From: Gammaproteobacteria bacterium
Lineage (GTDB): Bacteria; Pseudomonadota; Gammaproteobacteria; Pseudomonadales; Cellvibrionaceae
Reading direction: 5' to 3'
Assembly: GCA_004173475.1 (NCBI GenBank)
Contig: SEBU01000008.1
Coordinates: 20,785-84,784 of the forward strand
DNA length: 64,000 nucleotides
Positions 8,930 to 19,600 of the stretch are shown here, piece after piece. Numbering within the stretch: the first letter of the stretch is position 1; each line of letters opens with the position of its first letter. The notes under the pieces were generated by a model. The model saw nothing but the letters and a program-made list of their open reading frames with translations. It was not told the DNA's origin and did no database searches. The translations under genes and the position numbers were made by a program.

Positions 8930-11755
8930 ATGACTGATTACAAAGCAACATTGAATTTACCAAACACTGATTTTGCGATGAAAGCAAATTTGGCTCAACG
9001 CGAGCCGGAAATGCTGAAGCAATGGCAAGCGAATAATATCTACCAAAAAATTCGTGCCGCCCGTGCGGGTCGTGAGCAATTTATTTTGCACGACGGCCCA
9101 CCTTACGCAAACGGTGATATTCATATCGGTCATGCAGTAAATAAAATTCTTAAAGACATCATTGTCAAAAGCAAAACCTTAAGTGGCTTTGATGCGCCCT
9201 ACGTTCCCGGCTGGGATTGCCATGGTTTGCCGATCGAACACAATGTTGAGAAAAAACTCGGCAAAGCAGGCGATAAAGTCGATGTAAAAACTTTTCGTCA
9301 GAAATGCCGTGAATACGCGGCAAAACAAGTCGAAGGTCAAAAGGCAGATTTCGTGCGTCTCGGCGTTTTAGGTGATTGGGATAAACCTTATCTCACCATG
9401 GATTTTAAATTCGAAGCCGACATCATTCGCTCGCTTGGTAAAATTGCAGAAAATGGCCATTTACATAAAGGCTTCAAACCCGTGTATTGGAGCGTTGTTG
9501 GTGGTTCTGCATTGGCAGAAGCTGAGGTTGAATATCAAGATAAAACATCTTTCTCTATCGACGTAAAATTTGCGTTTGTCGATCAAGCTGCAATTGCGAA
9601 ATCCATTTCAAACTTATCTGGGAGCGGAAAAATTTCGCTGGTTATTTGGACAACCACTCCGTGGACCTTGCCCGCGAACCAGGCAGTTTCTGCCAATGCA
9701 GAAGTTGATTATGTTGTTGTGCAGTTTGGTGGTGAGCGTTTGTTAATAGCTGAGGCACTAGCTGCAGGTGTTTTTGCTCGCGCGAAAGCTGAAGGTTTTG
9801 ATTACGATGCCGGCAAAATTGTAGGGCGCGTGAAAGGCGATGCGCTAGAAAAATTGTTGCTGCAACATCCTTTCTATTCTCGGCAAGTTCCTATTTTATT
9901 AGGCGATCATGTCACTACAGATGCGGGTACAGGCTTTGTACACACCGCACCAGATCACGGTGCAGACGACTTTAATGTCGGTGTTAAGTATGGAATCGGC
10001 ACGCTAAATTATATTGACGATAACGGCTATTACCGCGCGAGTGTAGAAACCTTCGCCGGCGACCATGTTTATAAAGTTGACGAAAAAGTTATCGCTTTAT
10101 TGATTGAAAAAAATGCGTTGCTTGCACAGGGTAAAATTACCCACAGCTTTCCACATTGCTGGCGCACAAAAACGCCGCTGATTTTCCGTGCTACACCGCA
10201 GTGGTTTGTGAGCATGAGTAAAAATAATTTACGCGATCAAGTTGCGAAAGCAGTTGATGGCGTGCAGTGGGTACCAGATTGGGGAAAGGCGCGTATTGAT
10301 GCCATGCTTGCGACTTCACCTGATTGGTGTATTTCCCGTCAGCGTACCTGGGGTGTTCCAATTGCATTATTCGTGCACAAAGAAACTCAGGAATTGCATC
10401 CACAAACCTCGGAATTAATTGAAGCTGTTGCGAAAAAAGTTGAGCAAAGCGGAATGGATGCCTGGTTTGATTTGGATGCTAAAGAATTGCTCGGTGCTGA
10501 TGCAGAAAAATATTCCAAAGTCACCGATACTTTGGATGTTTGGTTTGATTCTGGCGTTACGCACTACGCCGTTCTGGAGCAACGTGCTGGTTTGCGCTTT
10601 CCTGCAGATTTATATCTTGAAGGTTCGGATCAGCATCGCGGCTGGTTTCAATCATCGCTAAAAACATCCATGGCGATGAACAATGTTCCACCTTACAAAA
10701 CTGTATTAACTCACGGTTTTGTTGTGGACGCGCAAGGCCGCAAAATGTCGAAATCTATCGGCAATGTAATCCCACCACAAAAAGTCATGAATGACTTGGG
10801 TGCAGACGTTCTACGTCTTTGGGTTGCTGCAACAGATTTCAGTACAGAAATGAGCGTGTCTGACGAAATTTTAAAACGCACGGCAGACTCCTATCGTCGT
10901 ATCCGTAATACGGCACGTTTTATTTTGTCCAACCTCACAGGCTTTAATCCTGCAATTGATGCCGTACCTATTGAAAATATGTTGCAACTTGATCGCTGGA
11001 TCGTTGGACGCACGGCGCAATTGCAAAAAGAAATTATCAATGCCTATGATTCTTATCAACTGCATTTAATTTATCAAAAATTGCATAATTTTTGCGTCGT
11101 TGAATTGGGCGGTTTTTATCTGGATATCATTAAAGATCGTCAGTACACCACAAAAAGTGATTCACTTGCGCGTCGTTCCGCGCAGACCGCTTTACAGCAT
11201 GTTATCGAAGCTATGGTACGTTGGATTGCTCCGATTTTAAGTTTTACTGCTGACGAAATCTGGCCAACTATTACTGGCATGCGTGAAGAAAATGTATTTG
11301 TCTCTGAATGGTATAAATTACCTTCAGTGTCGGCAGATACTTTTAGCGATAGTTACTGGGAGTTAGTCGCGCAAGTTAAAGATGCTGTTAACAAGGTACT
11401 TGAAGCCAAGCGCGGAGCAGGTGAGGTTGGAGGTTCATTGGGTGCAGAGGTTATTTTGTATTGCGATGAAAAATTACAAACTGAATTGAAAAAGCTTGCC
11501 AATGAATTGCGTTTTGTATTGATTACATCGACGGCTGAAGTTCGTTCATTGAATGAAAGGTCTTTAGTGGTGGATCAAGGTGAAACAACTGATGTCTCCG
11601 GGTTATATGTTGCGGTAAAAAAATCTGATCATCAAAAATGTGCACGTTGTTGGCATCACCGTGCGGATGTCGGCTCAAATACTAAATATGTGGATATTTG
11701 TTTGCGCTGCGTAGAAAATGTTGATGGTTCGGGCGAGACTCGCAGTTTTGCGTGA
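8930..11755 (+). CDS. ileS: Isoleucine--tRNA ligase
   Basis: [18 protein letters not shown] and C-terminal CARCWH...CLRC zinc finger. Start ATG 8930 ([11 protein letters not shown]). Confidence 0.98.
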   Translation: MTDYKATLNLPNTDFAMKANLAQREPEMLKQWQANNIYQKIRAARAGREQFILHDGPPYANGDIHIGHAVNKILKDIIVKSKTLSGFDAPYVPGWDCHGLPIEHNVEKKLGKAGDKVDVKTFRQKCREYAAKQVEGQKADFVRLGVLGDWDKPYLTMDFKFEADIIRSLGKIAENGHLHKGFKPVYWSVVGGSALAEAEVEYQDKTSFSIDVKFAFVDQAAIAKSISNLSGSGKISLVIWTTTPWTLPANQAVSANAEVDYVVVQFGGERLLIAEALAAGVFARAKAEGFDYDAGKIVGRVKGDALEKLLLQHPFYSRQVPILLGDHVTTDAGTGFVHTAPDHGADDFNVGVKYGIGTLNYIDDNGYYRASVETFAGDHVYKVDEKVIALLIEKNALLAQGKITHSFPHCWRTKTPLIFRATPQWFVSMSKNNLRDQVAKAVDGVQWVPDWGKARIDAMLATSPDWCISRQRTWGVPIALFVHKETQELHPQTSELIEAVAKKVEQSGMDAWFDLDAKELLGADAEKYSKVTDTLDVWFDSGVTHYAVLEQRAGLRFPADLYLEGSDQHRGWFQSSLKTSMAMNNVPPYKTVLTHGFVVDAQGRKMSKSIGNVIPPQKVMNDLGADVLRLWVAATDFSTEMSVSDEILKRTADSYRRIRNTARFILSNLTGFNPAIDAVPIENMLQLDRWIVGRTAQLQKEIINAYDSYQLHLIYQKLHNFCVVELGGFYLDIIKDRQYTTKSDSLARRSAQTALQHVIEAMVRWIAPILSFTADEIWPTITGMREENVFVSEWYKLPSVSADTFSDSYWELVAQVKDAVNKVLEAKRGAGEVGGSLGAEVILYCDEKLQTELKKLANELRFVLITSTAEVRSLNERSLVVDQGETTDVSGLYVAVKKSDHQKCARCWHHRADVGSNTKYVDICLRCVENVDGSGETRSFA

Positions 11756-11790
11756 TCTATTGCTCAGCCTATTTATGTAAGGAGGAGTTC

Positions 11791-12240
11791 ATGCGTAATT
11801 TAACGCTAGGTCCAGGCACCCGGGTAACATTGCATTTTGCATTACGTATGCCTGATGGTGAGTTAATCGATTCTAACTTTGAACGTGATCCTGCAACATT
11901 TACTGTTGGAGATGGCAACTTGTTGCAGGGTTTTGAGCAAGCTATTTTTGGCTTGCAAGAAGGTGATCGCAAAACGATTGTTATTAAACCTGAGCATGGG
12001 TTCGGTCAGCGCAATCCAAATAATGTCCAGGAAATTCCACGTGGTCAGTTTGATGCGGGCGTGCAACTCGAAGAAGGCCTCGTACTATCTTTTGCTGACG
12101 CACAAAAAACCGAATTACCTGGTGTTGTGAAAAGATTTAACGACGATGTAGTTACAGTGGACTTTAATCATCCACTCGCGGGTCGCGATATTGTTTTTGA
12201 AGTAGCAATTCTTAAAATAGAGCCAGCTCAAGTTCACTAA
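11791..12240 (+). CDS. fkpB: FKBP-type peptidyl-prolyl isomerase FkpB/SlpA
   Basis: VTLHFAL, GFEQAIFGL and VDFNHPLAG; strong SD (AAGGAGG) before ATG 11791. Confidence 0.92.
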   Translation: MRNLTLGPGTRVTLHFALRMPDGELIDSNFERDPATFTVGDGNLLQGFEQAIFGLQEGDRKTIVIKPEHGFGQRNPNNVQEIPRGQFDAGVQLEEGLVLSFADAQKTELPGVVKRFNDDVVTVDFNHPLAGRDIVFEVAILKIEPAQVH

Positions 12241-12303
12241 GCTCTTCGATTTCTCAATTACTGTTGCGGTTGAAAACATTGCCGTAAATAAATAGGTATT
12301 TTC

Positions 12304-13242
12304 ATGACGGAAATTAAACTCGCCAACCCTCGCGGCTTTTGTGCCGGTGTTGACCGCGCTATTGATATTGTAAATCGCGCGCTTGACGTGTTTGGTGCTC
12401 CTATTTATGTGCGACATGAAGTTGTTCATAATAAATTCGTGGTTGACAGCTTACGTGATCGCGGTGCGGTTTTTGTGGAAGAGATTGATCAGGTTCCTGA
12501 TGATGTCATTTTAATTTTTAGCGCGCATGGGGTATCTCAAGCGGTACGCAAGCAGGCGGAGAGTCGTGGTTTACAAATTTTCGATGCAACATGCCCGCTT
12601 GTGACCAAGGTGCACATAGAAGTCGCTCGCTATAGTCGAGAAGGTCGCGAGTGCATTCTCATAGGCCATGAGGGTCACCCTGAAGTTGAGGGAACTATGG
12701 GTCAGTACAATAATAGTCGAGGCGGCGAAATTTATTTGGTTGAAGATGAATCTGATGTTGATTCTTTAATTGTAAAAAACGCTGACGCGCTGGCATATGT
12801 AACGCAGACAACCTTATCGATGGATGACACCGCCAAAGTTATTGATGCACTACGGAAAAAATTTCCAAATATTAAAGGTCCGCGCAAAGACGACATTTGT
12901 TATGCAACAACAAATCGCCAGGACGCAGTGCGTCAACTAGCACTCGAATGCGACCTGGTCTTAGTTGTGGGCTCACCTAATTCATCAAACTCAAATCGCT
13001 TGCGTGAATTGGCTGAGCGGTGTGGCACAGAAGCCTATTTAATTGATGGGCCTGATGATATTAATCCAATCTGGATTAAAGAAAAAAACTCAATTGGTAT
13101 TACTGCGGGCGCTTCCGCACCCGAAGTTTTAGTTAAACAAGTGATTGAAAAATTACAAAAATGCGGCGCAACCATTCCAAAGGAAATGGATGGTACGCCT
13201 GAAACCATTAGTTTCTCCTTACCAAAAGCCCTACGGCAATGA
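12304..13242 (+). CDS. ispH: 4-hydroxy-3-methylbut-2-enyl diphosphate reductase
   Basis: [34 protein letters not shown] and [10 protein letters not shown] motifs. Confidence 0.97.
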   Translation: MTEIKLANPRGFCAGVDRAIDIVNRALDVFGAPIYVRHEVVHNKFVVDSLRDRGAVFVEEIDQVPDDVILIFSAHGVSQAVRKQAESRGLQIFDATCPLVTKVHIEVARYSREGRECILIGHEGHPEVEGTMGQYNNSRGGEIYLVEDESDVDSLIVKNADALAYVTQTTLSMDDTAKVIDALRKKFPNIKGPRKDDICYATTNRQDAVRQLALECDLVLVVGSPNSSNSNRLRELAERCGTEAYLIDGPDDINPIWIKEKNSIGITAGASAPEVLVKQVIEKLQKCGATIPKEMDGTPETISFSLPKALRQ

Positions 13243-13260
13243 AACTTTCCGATAGCCGCA

Positions 13261-13785
13261 TCAGCGAGCTTCTTCGCATTTTGCTGCGGTAATTTCAGTT
13301 TTTCGAACACGCCCGCCTCGCGCCAAAATGAGTTCATATCCAGCCCCTTTTGCTTCTGGACATATCGTAAATGTTCCCGCTTGAAATGCGCCTCCTGTGT
13401 TACCGTTTGCTTTGGTCCCTTCGCCAGTCCCGACATAAGATACATAATTTCGGACTGGCTCAGAAGTTTTTACACGTACACCCTTAAGCCCTTCATGTTG
13501 TTTTATAACGTTTTCGCTAGGCTCTCGAGTTCCGTTGTTATTTAAATCATAAAAAATTTCCCAACCCTCTTCCCATTGCACTAGGCTGCTGATTGTTGCC
13601 CGACGATTAGTAGAGACAGCGCTAACACGGGTTAATTGCAATGCTTCCTGCACGCTTAACATTGCGGTTTTAACGCGGGAGTTTTGAATTTGTGCCGAAA
13701 AATTAGGCAAGCCTACAGTTAGAAGAAGTGTTGTGATTGAAAGCGTAGTGAGAAGATCTATAAGAGTAAAGCCAAACGAACGCAT
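13261..13785 (-). CDS. fimT: GspH/FimT family minor pilin (FimT-like)
   Basis: Class III signal G|FTLIDLL with hydrophobic helix, GspH-type core, GTFTIC and C-terminal GGRVR. Confidence 0.82.
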   Translation of the reverse strand: MRSFGFTLIDLLTTLSITTLLLTVGLPNFSAQIQNSRVKTAMLSVQEALQLTRVSAVSTNRRATISSLVQWEEGWEIFYDLNNNGTREPSENVIKQHEGLKGVRVKTSEPVRNYVSYVGTGEGTKANGNTGGAFQAGTFTICPEAKGAGYELILARGGRVRKTEITAAKCEEAR

Positions 13786-13970
13786 AGTATATTCCCTCCA
13801 TGGAAATATCGTATTAATTGAGAAGCTATTGAAGCCGCTCATTCATCCTTGGTGACCACATATCAGAAGATAGACGCGGTCATAAAACACCTGTGTTAAG
13901 GTTTGATTAATATAATCGCTAGAAAAGTCTCCGTCTAGACGTTTAAATATATTCTAATGAGTGGTGCATC

Positions 13971-14516
13971 ATGTTTAAGAAACAAAAGGCCTTCACGCTT
14001 ATAGAGCTACTAATAACACTTATAATTATTGGAATAGTTTTAGGTTTGGCGACGCCGAGTTTCACCAAGTTAATTATTAACAATAGTTCACTCGCACTAG
14101 GTGGTGATTTGGTTGCAGCTATCAATTTTGCTCGTCAAGAGGCGGTAAAGCGTGGAAGACGAGTTTCACTTTGTCCGTCTAATAATGGCTTGACGTGTTT
14201 GACAAGTGACGATTGGGCTAAAGGATGGCTGGTTTTCGAAGATAAAGCTACGTCAGATGGTGCTACTCCTGACGTTAATACGCCAATACGTCAATGGGCT
14301 GACCTTAATAGTAAGGCAGTTGTCACCGCGACAGGCTCAGCTGCTATTGCCTACGTTCGTTTTACTGGTAGTGGAATGCTTGCGCGGTTAAATGCTACAG
14401 ACGTTTCTCCTCGAGTTTTTCAGGTATCAATAACTGGTTGTACCGGACAATCCAAAAGTACAGTTACCGTTGGGTTGGCGGGGATGAATAGCTTAACTAA
14501 AACAGCATGTCCTTAG
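13971..14516 (+). CDS. fimU: GspH/FimT family minor pilin (FimU-like)
   Basis: A|FTLIELLITL prepilin motif, ARQEAVKRG..VSLCPS and DWAKGWLVF; first gene of the pilV operon. Confidence 0.85.
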   Translation: MFKKQKAFTLIELLITLIIIGIVLGLATPSFTKLIINNSSLALGGDLVAAINFARQEAVKRGRRVSLCPSNNGLTCLTSDDWAKGWLVFEDKATSDGATPDVNTPIRQWADLNSKAVVTATGSAAIAYVRFTGSGMLARLNATDVSPRVFQVSITGCTGQSKSTVTVGLAGMNSLTKTACP

Positions 14517-14532
14517 GTAAGAGGAATTACTA

Positions 14533-14991
14533 ATGAATTTACCAAAATTGCAAGCTGGTTCTACGCTGATTGAAATTGCAGTTACGGTGTTAATTTTAGC
14601 AACGTCTCTGCTCGCGATGGCAACTTTGCAAACAAGATCTTTGCAGTTCAATCAAGCTGCCTATATGCGCTCTCAAGCAAACATATATGCATACGATATT
14701 GCGGATCGAATACGCATTAATCGAGGTAAAGATGCTGCAAATATAGTGGCTTATAACACCAGTAATTATGATGGATCGCCGAGCGGAAACAGCATAGCGA
14801 CTACCGATGTTGCCAAATGGCGTGCAAATATAAGTCGTGATCTTCCTGGTGGAAAAGGAAAAATCGTTTGCACTTCTTCCACTCATATATGCGAGCTTTC
14901 CATTAAGTGGGACGACGAGCAATTATTTGGCGCCGCTACATCGACCAATACTGAACCGACAACAGAACTAATCTACAAAACCTCCATGTGA
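14533..14991 (+). CDS. pilV: Type IV pilus modification protein PilV
   Basis: G|STLIEI prepilin motif and AYMRSQA..YAYDIADRIRIN PilV signature. Confidence 0.9.
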   Translation: MNLPKLQAGSTLIEIAVTVLILATSLLAMATLQTRSLQFNQAAYMRSQANIYAYDIADRIRINRGKDAANIVAYNTSNYDGSPSGNSIATTDVAKWRANISRDLPGGKGKIVCTSSTHICELSIKWDDEQLFGAATSTNTEPTTELIYKTSM

Positions 14992-15001
14992 GTGCGTAAT
15001 A

Positions 15002-16078
15002 ATGATGCTAAAACAAAAAGGTCTTTCACTGGTAGAGTTATTGATTTCTATTACGCTCGGCTTGATTTTGCTAACGGGTGTCATGAAAGTTTTTTTATCC
15101 AGCAAAACTGTCTTTTCAACTCAGCAAGCTCTTTCTCGCGTACAAGAAACTGGACGTCTGGCCGTTGATTTTATATCTCGCGACATACGTATGGCCGGGT
15201 TCATGGGTTGCGATTCAAACCCTATAAAAGGTCAAAGCAAAAACATCACAAATATATTGAATACCCCTAATGATTTTAGATTCAACTTTACAGAATATAT
15301 TCGAGGTTACACTGCAGAAACAGTTCCCGCAGGTCTATCGCCTACACCGAAACCACTTACCGATATCCTTGTAATACGTAGTGCGAATGGTAACGGTGCA
15401 AGAACTACTGCAAACAGTACAGCTACTACTCTAAACATTGCGGTAGATAGCACAGAGGCTGGCGCCTGCGGAACGACAGATCGAATAAGTGGTTTCTGCG
15501 TTAATGATATAGCAGTGCTAACTGATTGCGTAAAGTCCAGCGTTTTTCAAATAACCGCTATTACAGCAGGTGGTGCGGTTTCGCATCAATCTGGCTCAGC
15601 AGCTACTGTGTCTGGTAATTATACTCCCGGTAATTCAGTAACAAATTGGAGCACGCAGGCAGGCGCAGTTTTTAAATCTGGAGCAGAATTATTATTGGCT
15701 TCGAATACTATTTACTTCATCGCGACTGGAACGTCTCAACGTCCGAGCCTGTGGCAAAAAATTAATGGTGCGAGTGCGGTGGAAATCTTGGAGGGTGTCG
15801 AGAATATGAGCATCAAGTATGGAATCGATACAGATGCTGGGTTTGATTTGATTCCAAACATTTATAAAAAAGCAGCAGATGTTACCGCCGCTGAGTGGGA
15901 TAGAGTTGTATCAGTACGTGTTGAGCTTTTAGTCGCGAGTATTGAAGATAATGTAACGACCGAAATACAAAAATACAGTTTTAATGTTGATGAAGTTCCA
16001 GACCCGGTAGATCCAAATGATCACCGGCTACGGCAGGTATTTACTTCTGCAGTTGGGATTCGGAGTCGCTTGGAGTGA
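15002..16078 (+). CDS. pilW: Type IV minor pilin PilW
   Basis: G|LSLVELLIS, QETGRLA...RDIRMAG, EGVENMSIKYG and VVSVRVELL. Confidence 0.92.
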   Translation: MMLKQKGLSLVELLISITLGLILLTGVMKVFLSSKTVFSTQQALSRVQETGRLAVDFISRDIRMAGFMGCDSNPIKGQSKNITNILNTPNDFRFNFTEYIRGYTAETVPAGLSPTPKPLTDILVIRSANGNGARTTANSTATTLNIAVDSTEAGACGTTDRISGFCVNDIAVLTDCVKSSVFQITAITAGGAVSHQSGSAATVSGNYTPGNSVTNWSTQAGAVFKSGAELLLASNTIYFIATGTSQRPSLWQKINGASAVEILEGVENMSIKYGIDTDAGFDLIPNIYKKAADVTAAEWDRVVSVRVELLVASIEDNVTTEIQKYSFNVDEVPDPVDPNDHRLRQVFTSAVGIRSRLE

Positions 16079-16126
16079 TAGTCCAAATCAATGTTGAAGT
16101 CTTAAATATTCGGATATGAGGTTTCT

Positions 16127-16678
16127 ATGAATTTTCAATTTAAATCACCAATAAAGGAAAAAGGTGCCGTCCTTATTATTGGTCTGATAATGATGTTACT
16201 GCTTACAGTTATAGGGCTTGCTTCTATTCGCGGTAGCGATCTGCAAGAGCGAATGGCAGGTAACATGCGCGATCGTAATCTGGCTTTTCAGGCTGCTGAG
16301 GCAGGGCTAAGGGAAGGAGAATTAGTGAGCAGTGGGATAAGCAGCTTGGCTACACCTCGTGCACTCAACACAAATGGTTATTTTGAAAACTTAAATCTTA
16401 GTTCAACTGTAAGACGTCCAGCCTTGTGGGAAAAAACTAATTGGGAGGCAGGTACGAATAGCATCAAGTTGGCTAGCAATACTATATCGAACGTTGCGGA
16501 CCAACCGCGTTATGTAATTGAAAAAATTATCGTCCCTTTTGATACGGCCAACCAAGGTGGTGGCATTGATGCCGGTAGTCCGCAGGAGGATAAATTGTAT
16601 TATCGAGTAACCAGCCGCGGATTAGGCGGCACCACTGATACTGAAGTGGTTTTGCAATCTACGTCTATCGCTAATTGA
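16127..16678 (+). CDS. pilX: Type IV minor pilin PilX
   Basis: G|AVLIIGL (no Glu5), ERMAGNMRDRNLAFQAAEAGLREGE and YRVTSRG. Confidence 0.92.
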   Translation: MNFQFKSPIKEKGAVLIIGLIMMLLLTVIGLASIRGSDLQERMAGNMRDRNLAFQAAEAGLREGELVSSGISSLATPRALNTNGYFENLNLSSTVRRPALWEKTNWEAGTNSIKLASNTISNVADQPRYVIEKIIVPFDTANQGGGIDAGSPQEDKLYYRVTSRGLGGTTDTEVVLQSTSIAN

Positions 16679-16696
16679 TACTATTTGGAGCTCATC

Positions 16697-19600
16697 ATGC
16701 AATGCCCAATTGATCGTGTAAGTCGCTTTGTTAAAGCGAGTGCATCGATAATATCAGCGTTATTTTTGCTGGCTACTGCACCTAATATGTATGCTGGTGT
16801 GCCTGCTCAAAAACCTGTATTTTTATCGGCCCAAGTTCAGCCATTATTGATGCTGAATATGTCTAGAGATCATCAACTATATTTTAGGCTTTATGATGAC
16901 TATGCAGATATTACTGATTCACGTCAAACAGTTAACGGAAATGCCAACACTAATTATGGATTGTCTATTACAGACGGCAACGCCGATACAACCTATGTGC
17001 ATGGCTACAATTATTTCGGTTATTTTGATAGCAATAGGTGCTACACCTACGACACGACAGATAAGCGCTTTGAACCATCCACTACGGCGAGTAAAACCTG
17101 CGTTGACATGTGGAGCGGCAATTTTTTAAATTGGGCGACCATGACTCGTATAGATGCAATTCGTAAAATTCTATACGGTGGAAAGCGTGTGGTTGACTCA
17201 ACAACGGAAACTGTACTTGAGCGCTCATACTTACCCAACGACACACATTCGTTCGCAAAATTTTACAATGGAACTGATTTGGCTAATTTGGTTCCAGCCG
17301 CTGTATACAGTTCTAGCGGCATTACCCTATGCAACACAACTGATACATCAGCAACTTACTCACAAAATGCCACGGAACCACCCCTAATAAAAGTCGCACG
17401 TGGTGATTACTCATTATGGGCAAATAATGAACGTTGGCAATGTAAGTGGCTGGAGCAAAAGACCGAAGTAAACGGTAATGTACCAGCTACAAGTGGTCTG
17501 AATGCCGCCTCTAGTAATCCAAAGTTGGCTGCGGTGGGCAGCGGTTCATATGTTGCACGCGTCCAAACGTGTCTCACGGGCCGTATAGGCGATGACGAAG
17601 GGTGTACTGTCTATGGCAGCAGCACGACGCAAAAGCCTATTGGCTTGCTGCAGGAGTACGGAAATAGTAAGTATGAATCCGATAACATAACTGTTAAGCA
17701 AAAAGCGTCCGTTTTATTTGGCCTAATGACAGGCTCGTACGATAGCAGCAAGTCGGGAGGTGTATTGCGCAAAGCAATAGGTGCTCTAGACGATGAAGTT
17801 AACCCCGCTACTGGTCAATTCAAAACTCCGCCAACCAATAATGTGATTGATACCCTTAATTTATTGAGGATTTATGGTTACGACACTACATCGGGACTGT
17901 ATATGGGAGGACCCAGCGTTTCGGGACGATGGTATTCAGAACCACTGACGCCTACAGGCAGCGATAACTGTGGTTGGATTGGATCACCTAGTACTGAAAG
18001 TAATGGTAATAATTATCCTCGGGCGTTTTTCGATAACGCTAGATGCAGTAACTGGGGGAACCCTCAAGCTGAAATTTATCTGGAATCATTGCGTTATTTA
18101 GCGGGTGGTGCGCAAAAGACAGATGCATTTGCAGCTAATGACACGACTTTTATACCCGGCTTAAATTCGGTGACAGAGTGGTCTGACCCTATAAGCGCTG
18201 GACCTAATGGGAATTATTGTGCACCTTTAAATGTATTAATGTTTAATGCGTCTGTGACGTCCTACGATGCCGATGAATTAAGTTCAGCTAATGCAATAGG
18301 TCTACCAAATTTAACGGACTTAAGCGCAAAAACCGACGCTATAGGTATCGCTGAATCAATAGCGGGAAATAATTTCTTTATTGGCAAAACCCCGTCGGAT
18401 AACAATGAGCTATGCACCGCAAAAAATATTGCTAGTCTCTCCGGAGTCTCGGGTATATGTCCAGAGGCTCCTCGTTTGGAGGGGGGCTATCAAATGGCTG
18501 GTTTGGCTTATCACGCGCGGTCTACTGGTATAGCTTCGGCTGTTATCAATGGCAAGACTGAGGTGAGAAAGGTAAAAACCTTTGCAGTTGCTATGGCGCC
18601 TGCAACGCCAAAGGTTACGGTGAGAGTCAATCCCGCATCCACTACGGATTTGCGCACATTTACTATAATTCCCGCCTGTCGTAACACATCATCATATTTG
18701 AGTCGAACAGTAGAAAGGGACAGTAGCTGTGCCATTGTAGATTTCAAGATAGTGGCCCAGACCAATACAGCAGGGACTTTATACGTAGATTGGGAAGATA
18801 TGGAGCAAGGTAGTGACTTCGACCAGGATATGTGGGGGACAATAAAGTATATTATTGACCCAACGGCGGGCACAGTAACTATAACTACTTATGTGGCGGC
18901 AGAATCCACCAATGACAAAATGGGGTTTGGTTATATTCTAAGCGGCACTACAAGCGATGGTTTCAAGGTTTATTCCGGCATTGAGGGGTTCACCTATACT
19001 GGCTCCGGCTCTGGGTGTACTGCAGCAACCCCCTGTAACGTACGGAATACAGATACAGCTGCACAAACACGAGTCTACACACTAGGTACCTCAACAGATA
19101 AAGCCTTAGAGGATCCTTTGAAATACGCGGCAAAATGGGGCGGTTATGATGATGATTCTGCTACCGTGGCTAGTATCGCTGCGTCTCAACCAGCTAACTA
19201 CTTTTTTGCAACGGATCCGCGAAAATTAAAGGCTAGTTTGAAAACAGCTTTGGATAAAATTACCAAATCAATAGTGGCATCTGCCACAGCGGCATCAAGT
19301 TCTACTCGTTTGGATTCAGATACCCTAGTTTACCAAGCCATTTTTAGTAGTACGGATTGGTCGGGTAAAATTTCCGCTTATAAAATTCTTCCTGACGGGT
19401 CAACAAAAGCTTTGCCTGAATGGACTACCGACAGCACTTTAACCAGAACAGACCGTACTATCTACACTTATGATGGAGGCTCTTCCAGATCACTCGTTAA
19501 CCTGACTTCTACTGCACTTACAGCGCTGAGTACGGATGGGAATGCGTTGCGTGCTAATCTTAAGCTAAGTGCTGAAAGCAATGAAACCAACGCTACTAAA

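Noticed and set aside
8562-8987. 141-aa minus-strand ORF; likewise 13035..13445 and the many 60-130 aa ORFs nested in long genes
   Set aside because: They overlap well-supported genes on the opposite strand or in another frame and have no motifs or SD sites.
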